Part shown: in pieces, positions 29,256 to 37,777 of the stretch | Numbering within the stretch: position 1 is the stretch's first letter | Layout: each line of letters begins with the position of its first letter | Assembly (NCBI GenBank): GCA_044352465.1 | Contig: JBILDU010000008.1 | Coordinates: forward strand, 1-51,124 | Source of the DNA: Bdellovibrionota bacterium | Lineage (GTDB): Bacteria; Bdellovibrionota_C; UBA2361 | DNA: 51,124 nt | Direction: 5' to 3' | Program-made: the position numbers and the translations under genes | Notes under the pieces: generated by a model | Seen by the model: only the letters and a program-made list of their open reading frames with translations | What the model was told of the DNA's origin: nothing | Databases searched by the model: none

Positions 29256-31076
29256 TCACGGCGCACGCGGAAGCGCTATTGAAACGCTCGTCCCAGCGTC
29301 GCTCGAAGAGACCGTAATCTCCCCGCCGTGGCGACGCACGATCTCCTGCGCCATCGGAAGAGCCAATCCGTATCCATCCCCCCGGCCGGTCTTATGCTCA
29401 AAGATATCGCCGGTCGCTATCCCCGGGCCGTTATCGGAGATAGTAATAACACCCTGTGGGCGAGCGAGCGCCGTGGCATCGCCTGGGGCGATTTCATCTC
29501 GCACCGCAATCGTCACCACCCCGGCGTTTCGCCCTCCCAACGACTCAATTCCGTTTAGTCCAAGAGCAAAGAGGGCCTCAGCGAGGGCGAACTCATCGCC
29601 GAGAAGCCGCAGACTCGGCGGCCCTTCGAAGGTCACACCGACCCCCGGCGGAGCTATCGCGGCGAGCCGTTTGGTAAGATCCTGTCCAAGCGCGACCAGG
29701 TCGAGGGGATCGCGCCGAAGCTCACCGGGCCGCACATAGCCACGCAGCTTTCGACTGAGTGCCTCCCCCCGTTCGATAGACTGGGCGATAAGCGCCAAAG
29801 GCTGCTGAAAAGGGTTCTCTGCCGGAAAAGCCTTACGTACCCGTGCGTTGATGATGTCGAGACTCCCCTGGATCGCGCCCAAGAAATTATTGATATCGTG
29901 GCCGATCTTGGCCGAAACAGCACCGATCGACTCGAGGACCTGCGTATGAACTAAACGGTCCTTCGGATCGAAGGGCTTGGCCCGCGCTCCCCGCTCCCCA
30001 TCTACAGGGGCTATCGGTCCGGTCGTCGTGGTAATGTAATCAACCGCTCCGAGGAGATCGCTCGCCACATAATCGGGGGTGACATCGAACTTTTTATCCG
30101 TACCCCCGATGCCGGTGCGAACAAGAACTGCCCGACAACCCGCATTTTTAGCGAGCATTAAGTCGCCGGTCATATCCCCAACAACAAAGCTCCGATCGAG
30201 ATCGATGTTCAAATCACGCACCGCTCGATCGATAAACTCGGTCCCCGGCTTACGGCACCGACACCGGTCGTTATCGGTGTGCGGACAAAAATAAACTCGG
30301 TCAAAGGTCACACCGAAGGCACGCGCTTGCTTCAAAAGCTCCCGATTGAGGACAAAAAAATCTTCTTTCGAGAAGTACCCCATCCCGATACCGGGCTGGT
30401 TTGTCACCACGATCAGGGCAAATCCGTGTTCTTTGAGCCGCTTGAGCGCCTCAAGAGCTCCCGGAATTAATCGAAATTTCTCGACCTCGTGAATATATTC
30501 GACGTGCTCGTTCAGCGTCCCATCCCGATCGAGAAAGACCGCGGGACGGGGAGTGGGATAAGGCGAGGCAACCGACTCCGCGCTGTACCGCCCGACGACC
30601 CGTTCGATGATTCCCGTGGTGCCATGGCCATCCGCGAAAGGGACGAGAACGACCTTCCCACCGTACGACTCGACGATTCGAGCCGAGCTTAGCTTCGAAC
30701 GATCGTAATCCCCCGCCTTGAGATACACATCAGGCTTTAATATCTCGATGTTGGCGTTGTTGTTTTTCTCATCAAAGATAAAGACAAAGTCAACGCTGTG
30801 CAGTCCAGCAACCACTCGGGCGCGGTCACTCTCGGGGCAGATGGGACGAAGGTCGCCTTTATTCTCACACACCGACCGGTCGGAGTTTACGCCGACGACT
30901 AAGACGTCACACTCCCGCCGGGCGCTCTCGAGATACGCCACGTGTCCCGGATGCAGAATATCGAAGACACCAGAGGTAAAGCCGATCTTCGTCCCGGCGC
31001 TACGGAGAACCCGTAACCGGTCAGCGAGCGCTTCCCGTTCCTTTATCTTAGCTTCATGCAATGCCGCAGTATCCAT
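29256..31076 (-). CDS. Fusion: HldC/RfaE-II heptose-1-P adenylyltransferase + GmhB heptose-bisphosphate phosphatase + histidine kinase (HisKA-HATPase)
   Basis: GVFDILHPGH (H42), GVNSD..V...KG..RP; FLDRDGT (D183), VVTNQ, CPH...C.CRKPG, VGD; GHDINN (H393), LGLNGIES, ISDNGPGI, GYGLAL...IVRRHGG; single uninterrupted frame. Confidence 0.88.
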   Translation of the reverse strand: MDTAALHEAKIKEREALADRLRVLRSAGTKIGFTSGVFDILHPGHVAYLESARRECDVLVVGVNSDRSVCENKGDLRPICPESDRARVVAGLHSVDFVFIFDEKNNNANIEILKPDVYLKAGDYDRSKLSSARIVESYGGKVVLVPFADGHGTTGIIERVVGRYSAESVASPYPTPRPAVFLDRDGTLNEHVEYIHEVEKFRLIPGALEALKRLKEHGFALIVVTNQPGIGMGYFSKEDFFVLNRELLKQARAFGVTFDRVYFCPHTDNDRCRCRKPGTEFIDRAVRDLNIDLDRSFVVGDMTGDLMLAKNAGCRAVLVRTGIGGTDKKFDVTPDYVASDLLGAVDYITTTTGPIAPVDGERGARAKPFDPKDRLVHTQVLESIGAVSAKIGHDINNFLGAIQGSLDIINARVRKAFPAENPFQQPLALIAQSIERGEALSRKLRGYVRPGELRRDPLDLVALGQDLTKRLAAIAPPGVGVTFEGPPSLRLLGDEFALAEALFALGLNGIESLGGRNAGVVTIAVRDEIAPGDATALARPQGVITISDNGPGIATGDIFEHKTGRGDGYGLALPMAQEIVRRHGGEITVSSSDAGTSVSIALPRAP

Positions 31077-31549
31077 TGAGCGCCTTAAAGAGAGCTGCCA
31101 TTAAGAGAGCCGGTCGTACCCCGAGGCCGGGCTTATCCGATATAATATGCCGATAAAAAGTGCCCCACCGACTTTTTAACCGACCGGTGCGTACCTCCGT
31201 CATCGGTAGCCACCCTACGGGATTCCGACCTGAAAATTCCCGATGGGGCTATCATCGCGTGAGACGAGCGAGAGAACCACCGCTATGAAGTTCTGAGCAG
31301 TTTTCCATCTGCGGACCTCTTCAGCGGCCCCCTAGCGGCCTATAGAATGCCCTACCGTTACTTCAGTTGACAAGCCAACGTGGTTAGGACAAGGACAAAG
31401 TCCTCATCAACACCTCAATCAGACGGAAGGGTCGGCGTTCGATCGGCGACGCTGACAGCACCTTGAAAAGGGATGTTTTTTGAACTCCCGCAAAAATTGT
31501 GGTTGGTTAGAAGTCGTAACCCTTAAAAACCTTACTTCCCGAGATCCGG

Positions 31550-32683
31550 ATGATACAGCGCGACGTCATTAAATCACTCGAACACCTTATCGTGGAGGCG
31601 CTCCTCCCTCCTGAGGCGCGAACTCAGTACGCGGCGGGCGATATCGCCCATGCCATATTGAAGCCGTGCGCCGAGGCGATCGCACGGATGTCAGCGCGTT
31701 ATGTCTCCCGCACCGCCATCGCCCCTCTGTCGGTCGAGGAAGCGGTGGCCTACGCCCTCTACTACACCCCGGTAAACGCCGCAAAGATCTGGCACCTTCT
31801 TGGGCGCATCCCCCCTGAAGTCTGGAAGCGTCCTCATCTCACGATCCTCGACTACGGTTGCGGCCCCGCGACCGCCTCGCTCGCGGCTTCGTTCATGGCT
31901 CCTGCGGCGGAGTTCCTCGCAGTCGATACCGTTGGGCCGATGCGACAGGTGGCGCACCGACTCCTGGAGAGCCGCGCGCGCACGGCCCCGCTCCGTTGGA
32001 AAGTTGCCGAAGAATTCTCCGGCACATTTGATGTGATTATCGCGGCGAACGTGCTCAACGAGCTATCACCGCTCTCCGCGAGGAACCTGATTGATCGCTT
32101 TATCGGTGCGCTCTCTCCCGATGGGGTACTCCTAACGCTCGAACCAGCGCTCCTTGAGACCACCCGAAATCATATGGCGCTCCGTGATGAACTCCTCGCC
32201 CGCCATCACGGCGTTGTGCCTCTGTTTCCATGTACCCACTCCGCACCGTGTCCGATGTTATCTCTCTCCCCAACGGAATGGTGCCACGCGCCGCTCGTAT
32301 GGGAGGAACCACGCCTGTTACGCCAGCTCGATGAACTCACCGGATTTAACAAGCACCGGCCCAAATTTTCAGCGTTTATATTTACCCGCACCGACACCGC
32401 ACCGCCGGGCATTCGGATTGTGCGTGGAGCGGAAAAGACGAACCGGGGAGCCTCAGCTCTCGGCTGTGGACCCAATTTTTTTGGGGAGCTCACGCTTTTA
32501 AAACGGAACAAAACTGAGGAGAATCGAGTTTTTCTCAAAGTCGATACCTATGATCGCATTGAGGTGATCCCACCTCCACAGGCCGGACTGATTGAGGCTC
32601 ACGCACGGGTTGAAATCCGCGACGACGCACGTGCGGAGAAAAGTGCTGCGGTGGGGCTCTCAACGGATATCATCTCCCGATAA
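31550..32683 (+). CDS. Rsm22/METTL17-like SAM-dependent methyltransferase
   Basis: AYALYY.P.N, ILDYGCGPAT, DVIIAANVLNE, LEPA, PCTH.APCP...WCH. Confidence 0.75.
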   Translation: MIQRDVIKSLEHLIVEALLPPEARTQYAAGDIAHAILKPCAEAIARMSARYVSRTAIAPLSVEEAVAYALYYTPVNAAKIWHLLGRIPPEVWKRPHLTILDYGCGPATASLAASFMAPAAEFLAVDTVGPMRQVAHRLLESRARTAPLRWKVAEEFSGTFDVIIAANVLNELSPLSARNLIDRFIGALSPDGVLLTLEPALLETTRNHMALRDELLARHHGVVPLFPCTHSAPCPMLSLSPTEWCHAPLVWEEPRLLRQLDELTGFNKHRPKFSAFIFTRTDTAPPGIRIVRGAEKTNRGASALGCGPNFFGELTLLKRNKTEENRVFLKVDTYDRIEVIPPPQAGLIEAHARVEIRDDARAEKSAAVGLSTDIISR

Positions 32684-32713
32684 GCTTGATTTGCTCGTAT
32701 TCCGACAAGAAAA

Positions 32714-32744
32714 TTTTCTCACCTGAGGGTAGGCTCGGGGGTCG
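32714..32744 (+). repeat. Imperfect direct repeat, left copy (pairs with 36450..36480)
   Basis: TTTTCTCACCTGAGGGTAGGCTCGGGGGTCG vs TTTTCTCACCTGAGCGCACGTCCGGGGGCCG, 25/31 identical. Confidence 0.55.
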
Positions 32745-32756
32745 GAGCACAAGCTT

Positions 32757-32788
32757 TTTTGTCTGGTTCACCTTTTGTCTGGTTTACC
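32757..32788 (+). repeat. 16-bp tandem repeat (2 copies) within dispersed repeat copy B
   Basis: TTTTGTCTGGTTCACC followed by TTTTGTCTGGTTTACC (1 mismatch). Confidence 0.7.
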
Positions 32789-32806
32789 TTCGGGCTACGT
32801 TCGGCC

Positions 32807-34021
32807 TCATCGCGGAGGCTTGCCGGTCTCATTGGGGGCCGCGGCGATACTTGCAGCGCTGAGCGTCGCGCGATATCGCTCGGCGCAACCTTCCCACGAG
32901 CTCTCGGCTACATGGGCGTGCGCCACATCAACCATCTGTTGGTACCTCACTCGATCGCTGAGGAGCTCACCCAACCGCCGGGCGACAGCGGCAGAATCGT
33001 CGAGGGCGTCCAAGATTCCACTGACATTGTCTCGCACCAGCTCACGATGGGCCGGAATATCCGAGAGTACACACACGACTCGAGCCAGCATCGCCTCGAG
33101 CACTCCGTTCGGCCGCCCCTCGAATTCCGCCGCCGAGAGATAGGCCGCCGCCCCGGCGAGATAGCTCGAGATCTCCCGCGGGTCGACTAACCCCGCAAAT
33201 CGAACTCGATCGGTGACCCCCAAAATGCGCGCTCGCTCGACGAGTTCCGCGTGATATCCCGCTTCACCGATCCGACCGCACAGAACGAGGTCATAGTCGA
33301 TGAGCGCACCCGCCGCCAGGATATCGAAGAGCACGGCGATACGCTTGCGCGGGATGATCGACCCACAAAAGAGGAGGTACCGCCCCTTCCGTAGCCCGCG
33401 CTCAGTGAGAAAACGGAGCAGATCCTCGCGCGGAGGCGGGGTATAGGTGATCCCGTTATTGATTACCTCGGTCGATCGGGCAAGCTCAGGAATCGCAGCG
33501 ATCGCCTCCTCGCGTAAAGCTGCACTCACGGTGACGACGCGCCGAGCGTTCTTGAGGATTCGACCCGAGAGCCACGGGAAGACCCGTAGAAACTTGATAT
33601 CTCCTCCCCGCAATACGACGACGTAAGGGGTTCGTCTCGCCCAAAAGAGGAGGCCGGCGACCACTCCGGCAAAGAGCCAATTCGCTAGGATAACATCCGC
33701 CGTCTGCAACCGTCGCCCGGCCCGCCAGAGCATACCACAGAGCAGCCCCGGTATCTGGAGGATAAGCGCGGGGCGGGCGCGGATATTCGGCGCGATGCCA
33801 AGACCGAAGGCGAGCTGGCCACGCGCGCAGATGCCGTACCGATAGCGAGAGATCGTCACGGCTCCGCGCTGCTCGAGAGACGGCTCAGTCCCATCGGCGG
33901 GAACAATAACGGTGACCTCTTGATAATGAGGCGCCAGCTTCTCAACGAGGCGTTCCACAAAGATCCCCGCATCGTCCCCAAGCCACCGTGGATACGATGT
34001 TGTCAGAACGCCCAACTTCAT
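32807..34021 (-). CDS. GT4-family glycosyltransferase
   Basis: MKLGVLTTSYPR start overlapping the upstream stop (ATGA); PRKR; EGRPNGVLEAM (EX7E). Confidence 0.9.
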   Translation of the reverse strand: MKLGVLTTSYPRWLGDDAGIFVERLVEKLAPHYQEVTVIVPADGTEPSLEQRGAVTISRYRYGICARGQLAFGLGIAPNIRARPALILQIPGLLCGMLWRAGRRLQTADVILANWLFAGVVAGLLFWARRTPYVVVLRGGDIKFLRVFPWLSGRILKNARRVVTVSAALREEAIAAIPELARSTEVINNGITYTPPPREDLLRFLTERGLRKGRYLLFCGSIIPRKRIAVLFDILAAGALIDYDLVLCGRIGEAGYHAELVERARILGVTDRVRFAGLVDPREISSYLAGAAAYLSAAEFEGRPNGVLEAMLARVVCVLSDIPAHRELVRDNVSGILDALDDSAAVARRLGELLSDRVRYQQMVDVAHAHVAESSWEGCAERYRATLSAASIAAAPNETGKPPR

Positions 34022-35118
34022 TGGCGCACTCCCGGCAAAACTCCGAGACCACTGAGCACACCCTTCCACCGAGTAATGATTTTTTCAGGGTCAAACCGCA
34101 TCGCAACCTCTCGCGCATGCTCCCCTAAACGTTGGCGGAGAGCCTCATCCGACATGAGGGGACGGAGCGCCTCGGCGATTCCGCCCGTAAAAACGATCCC
34201 GCTTACCCCTGAGACGACGATATCCTTAATCGCTCCGGGGCAATCTCGCGCGACCACGGCCCTTCCCGCAGCCATCGCCTCACACAACGTATTAGGAAAC
34301 CCCTCATACTGGGATGAGAGGACAAAGATATCCGCTTCATGGAGACGCTGCGGAAGATCCGTTACCTCGCCCGGAAGGAATACCCGATCGCCGAGCCCCA
34401 GGACGCAGACAAGGTGTTCGAGGCGCACCCGTTCCGGTCCGGCTCCGTAGATGAAGAGATCCCAGTCCGGAAACTCCACCGTCAATCGAGCAAACTCGGT
34501 GATAAGTTCCGCAAAGCCTTTCTTTTCCACTAAACGGCCCGCACCACAGAGGATTCGCCGTTCCCGCGGAGAGGTAGGCGAGGATGCCGGAACGTGGAAG
34601 ATTGGATTCGGTATCGTTACTGCCCGATCCCGCAGCCGCGGGGGCAAAAGCGCGGCAAACCGATCGCTTTGCAACACAATTTTCCGGCTCAGTGAAAAAG
34701 CCAAAGGACGGAGCGCTCTTAAAATAAGTGACGGCCGGTGGAGTGTCAGATGATCGCGCACCGCAGTAACGACCGGAATTCCGGTACCGTAAAGTGCGAG
34801 CGGGGTCACCACATTCGCACCGGTGACGAACGTCATGGCTACCCCGACATGATGCTCCTGAATGAGACGGCGCAAGCGGAGAAGCCCGGCGCACCCTCCC
34901 CAGAGCCCGATTCTCCCTAACGGGCCGCACAGCACCGTCCGACGCACGACCCGGTCATCCAGGGGAAAAAAAGATGGCTCCGTAATACCATCAAGGGTAA
35001 TGAGGAGCACCCGCTCGCCCGCCGCAACCCAATCGTTGGCGAGCCAGGTAACGATGCGCTCAGCACCACCACACCGAAGAGAAGGGATGATCAGAGCTAT
35101 CGTCGTTAGGTGTTTCAT
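34018..35118 (-). CDS. GT4-family glycosyltransferase (AmsD/PglH-like)
   Basis: GGAER, IPNP, GRLVEKKGF, SQYEGFPNTLCEAMAAG. Confidence 0.92.
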   Translation of the reverse strand: MKHLTTIALIIPSLRCGGAERIVTWLANDWVAAGERVLLITLDGITEPSFFPLDDRVVRRTVLCGPLGRIGLWGGCAGLLRLRRLIQEHHVGVAMTFVTGANVVTPLALYGTGIPVVTAVRDHLTLHRPSLILRALRPLAFSLSRKIVLQSDRFAALLPPRLRDRAVTIPNPIFHVPASSPTSPRERRILCGAGRLVEKKGFAELITEFARLTVEFPDWDLFIYGAGPERVRLEHLVCVLGLGDRVFLPGEVTDLPQRLHEADIFVLSSQYEGFPNTLCEAMAAGRAVVARDCPGAIKDIVVSGVSGIVFTGGIAEALRPLMSDEALRQRLGEHAREVAMRFDPEKIITRWKGVLSGLGVLPGVRQ

Positions 35119-35230
35119 GGAGGACTACCTTCGAGCGCGTCACAACATAATCCCTGAGGGCGAAGACGGATCTATGTTGTTACCCGCTCTTACTCTAAAA
35201 TGGCTCCACCCCCCCCTTCAAGGACGGAGT

Positions 35231-36388
35231 ATGACAGTCCCCCACCGGATCGCATTTATTATCGACGCCCTCGTGCTCGGTGGCGCGCAGCGCTCGCTCG
35301 TTGCCCTTGCGAACGCCTTGGCCCACCGGGGCGCCGAGGTCCATCTGATCACGTTCGAAGCACCAGCCCCCCGCCCCCCCCAGCTTCGTCTCGCACCAGC
35401 GATTCAGCGACACGCTCTCGGAACCCACCCCAGAGAGTCTGCCCGCCTCCTGACCCCGCTGATGCTGCTACGTACGCACCGAGCGCTCCGTCGAACTATC
35501 CATAATCTCGCGCCGACCTGCGTGGTGAGCTTTCTCGATGAGGTGAACCTCATGACGCTGCTCGCCCTACCACGGGAGAGGACGACGCTACGGGTGATCG
35601 TCAGCGAACGCTCCTTTCCGGGAGTAAGTTTCAAAAAACGGTACGATCCCCTGGGGCTCCTCCCCTTCGTCGGTCGTGCGGCGCGTCGTTATCTCTATCC
35701 GCGCGCTGACTCGGTCATCACCTTAACGGAGCGAGGGGCGGAGTTCCTTCGCTCAGAGGGTCTCACCAACGTCGCCGTTATCCCGAATCCCGTCCCGCCC
35801 CCTCCTCCGGTTGAGCACCGGACCGAACCGGAACAGGTTATCGTGGCGCTCGGGCGACTCGCCCCCGAGAAGCGCTTTGATAGACTGATCGAGGCGTTCG
35901 CCGTCGTAGCGCCTCATTTTCCAGCTTGGAGGGTACGGATCTACGGTGAGGGTCCTCTCAGAGACGTGCTTACCCGCCACATAGAGCGGCGGCAACTCAC
36001 CGACCGAGTTACTCTCTGCGGTGCAAGCGCCGCACCGCATGAGGTGCTCGCCAGGCGTCCGGTCTTCGCCCTCACCTCCGATGTCGAGGGTTTCCCGGTC
36101 GCTCTCACTGAGGCCATGGCGAGTGGATGCGCCGTGGTTGCTACCGACTGCCCTACCGGTCCGGGAGAGCTCATTTCTCACGGAGAGGACGGCCTCCTCG
36201 TGCGCTCCCGTGACCCGCTGGTCTTTGCGGAAGCGCTCAGTGCAATAATGTCATCGGCGGCGCTGCGCCGCCGTCTCGGCGAATCCGCCCAACGGATCAC
36301 CGACCGCTTCCCCACCGATATGATTTTCGACAGGTGGTGGGTAGAGGTCTCCGCCCCACCGTTAAAGCGCGAGTGCTCCATTCAATAA
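35231..36388 (+). CDS. GT4-family glycosyltransferase (AmsD/PglH-like)
   Basis: ATG at 35231 with GGAG RBS; GGAQR, VSER, IPNP, GRLAPEKRFD, SDVEGFPVALTEAMASG. Confidence 0.9.
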   Translation: MTVPHRIAFIIDALVLGGAQRSLVALANALAHRGAEVHLITFEAPAPRPPQLRLAPAIQRHALGTHPRESARLLTPLMLLRTHRALRRTIHNLAPTCVVSFLDEVNLMTLLALPRERTTLRVIVSERSFPGVSFKKRYDPLGLLPFVGRAARRYLYPRADSVITLTERGAEFLRSEGLTNVAVIPNPVPPPPPVEHRTEPEQVIVALGRLAPEKRFDRLIEAFAVVAPHFPAWRVRIYGEGPLRDVLTRHIERRQLTDRVTLCGASAAPHEVLARRPVFALTSDVEGFPVALTEAMASGCAVVATDCPTGPGELISHGEDGLLVRSRDPLVFAEALSAIMSSAALRRRLGESAQRITDRFPTDMIFDRWWVEVSAPPLKRECSIQ

Positions 36389-36449
36389 GTTTCTAGCGCA
36401 GCAGGGCGTTATTTTTTCGCGGTGCGACCTCGTACTCCAACCGGAAAGT

Positions 36450-36480
36450 TTTTCTCACCTGAGCGCACGTCCGGGGGCCG
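36450..36480 (+). repeat. Imperfect direct repeat, right copy (pairs with 32714..32744)
   Basis: 25/31 identity to 32714..32744 including an exact 14-mer TTTTCTCACCTGAG. Confidence 0.55.
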
Positions 36481-36553
36481 CGTACGAGACGAAGTATCTT
36501 GTTGAGGCGGAGTTTTAGCCCCTTTTTGAAGCGGTATATTTTCCACCGTCTTA

Positions 36554-36562
36554 TGCTATAGT
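36554..36562 (+). promoter_or_regulatory. Possible extended -10 promoter element for galU
   Basis: TGCTATAGT about 35 nt upstream of the galU ATG. Confidence 0.35.
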
Positions 36563-36596
36563 CCGCCGGCGTAACATTTCTACCAAGGATAACGAC

Positions 36597-37472
36597 ATGG
36601 CCCCCCGCTCCCCCGTTCGAAAAGCTGTCATTCCGGCTGCAGGTCTCGGGACCCGCTTCCTCCCCGCAACGAAGTCTGTACCGAAAGAGCTCTTGCCGAT
36701 CGTCGATGTCCCTACGATTCAGTATATCGTTCAAGAGGTAGTCGACGCGGGAATCGAAACGGTTGTCCTGATTACCGGTAAAGGAAAGTCGAAAATCGTC
36801 GACCATTTCGATGTGTATCCAGAGCTCGAAGAGAAACTTGAGAGGGAAGGTAAAGCCGATCTCGTGGCGCGCCTACGCGAGACCACCAATATGGTCCACA
36901 TGGTATCGGTGCGCCAGGGCGTTCCCCGGGGCCTCGGCCATGCGGTGTTGTGCGCGAAAGAGGTAATCGGAGATGAGCCATTCGTCGTACTCCTCGGCGA
37001 TGACCTGGTCGATGCAAAAGTACCGTGCACGAAACAGATGATCGATGTCTACAATGAACATGGAAAATCGGTTGTAGCCCTCATGGAGGTCGCTGACAGC
37101 GATGTCCCTAAATTCGGTATCTGCGGCGGCAAAAAGATCTCAGACCGCATCACCGATATCAACGTCATGGTTGAGAAGCCGAAGCTCAGTGAGGCTCCCT
37201 CAAAAACAGCCATCGTCGGCCGGTACATCCTAACTCCCCGCATCTTCGATATCCTCGAGCAAACCGATCCGGGAAAGGGGGGCGAGATACAGCTCACCGA
37301 TGCGATGGCGCGACTCATGCGCGAGGAGGGATTCCTCGGGTATGAGTTCGAGGGACAACGCTATGATGCCGGTGATAAGTTCGGATTTCTCCAAGCAAAC
37401 ATCGCCTATGCCCTTAAACGACCCGATATCGCACCGAAGCTACGTGAGTATATGAAGTCTGTGTGCGCATGA
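36597..37472 (+). CDS. galU: UTP--glucose-1-phosphate uridylyltransferase
   Basis: KAVIPAAGLGTRFLPATKSVPKELLP, GLGHAV, LGDD, VEKP, GEIQLTDA. Confidence 0.96.
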   Translation: MAPRSPVRKAVIPAAGLGTRFLPATKSVPKELLPIVDVPTIQYIVQEVVDAGIETVVLITGKGKSKIVDHFDVYPELEEKLEREGKADLVARLRETTNMVHMVSVRQGVPRGLGHAVLCAKEVIGDEPFVVLLGDDLVDAKVPCTKQMIDVYNEHGKSVVALMEVADSDVPKFGICGGKKISDRITDINVMVEKPKLSEAPSKTAIVGRYILTPRIFDILEQTDPGKGGEIQLTDAMARLMREEGFLGYEFEGQRYDAGDKFGFLQANIAYALKRPDIAPKLREYMKSVCA

Positions 37473-37756
37473 GCATGGAAGAGGGCGGCTCGCCGCTCTA
37501 CAAATACGTCCCGCTCTGGGTGCGTGAGTACGGCATGAGCGGGGCTACCGATCAGCAGGCTGTTGGAACTTTCATCGACTGCGAAACTCGCGAAGCGGTG
37601 ACAGGACTACAAAACGAGCTTATCGCCATCGCAAAGGGGAGATACAAGAACGAGGTTTTCGATCTCCTCGTTGGAATTAATCGGCGGGCGAAGTACACCT
37701 CGTACGAGGACTGGGCTAAGTTGATGCTGCAGTGGATCGCAGCCCACAAAGGGTAA
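37469..37756 (+). CDS. Small hypothetical protein (weak CdiI-like resemblance)
   Basis: ATGA overlap with the galU stop; helical 95-aa product. Confidence 0.7.
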   Translation: MSMEEGGSPLYKYVPLWVREYGMSGATDQQAVGTFIDCETREAVTGLQNELIAIAKGRYKNEVFDLLVGINRRAKYTSYEDWAKLMLQWIAAHKG

Positions 37757-37777
37757 GACGACCTCGTTTCGGAGATC

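Noticed and set aside
31149..31190. GCCGATAA sigma-28 -10 box and tracrRNA-like AAAAAGTG..CACCGAC text
   Set aside because: No TAAA -35 at the correct spacing; no cas genes or repeat-spacer array, so the similarity is likely coincidental
32757..32788. Possible mini-CRISPR
   Set aside because: Two adjacent 16-mers with no spacer
34862..35230. 123-aa N-terminal extension of the plus-strand GT4
   Set aside because: Overlaps the opposite-strand GT4; ATG 35231 has an RBS and starts the GT fold
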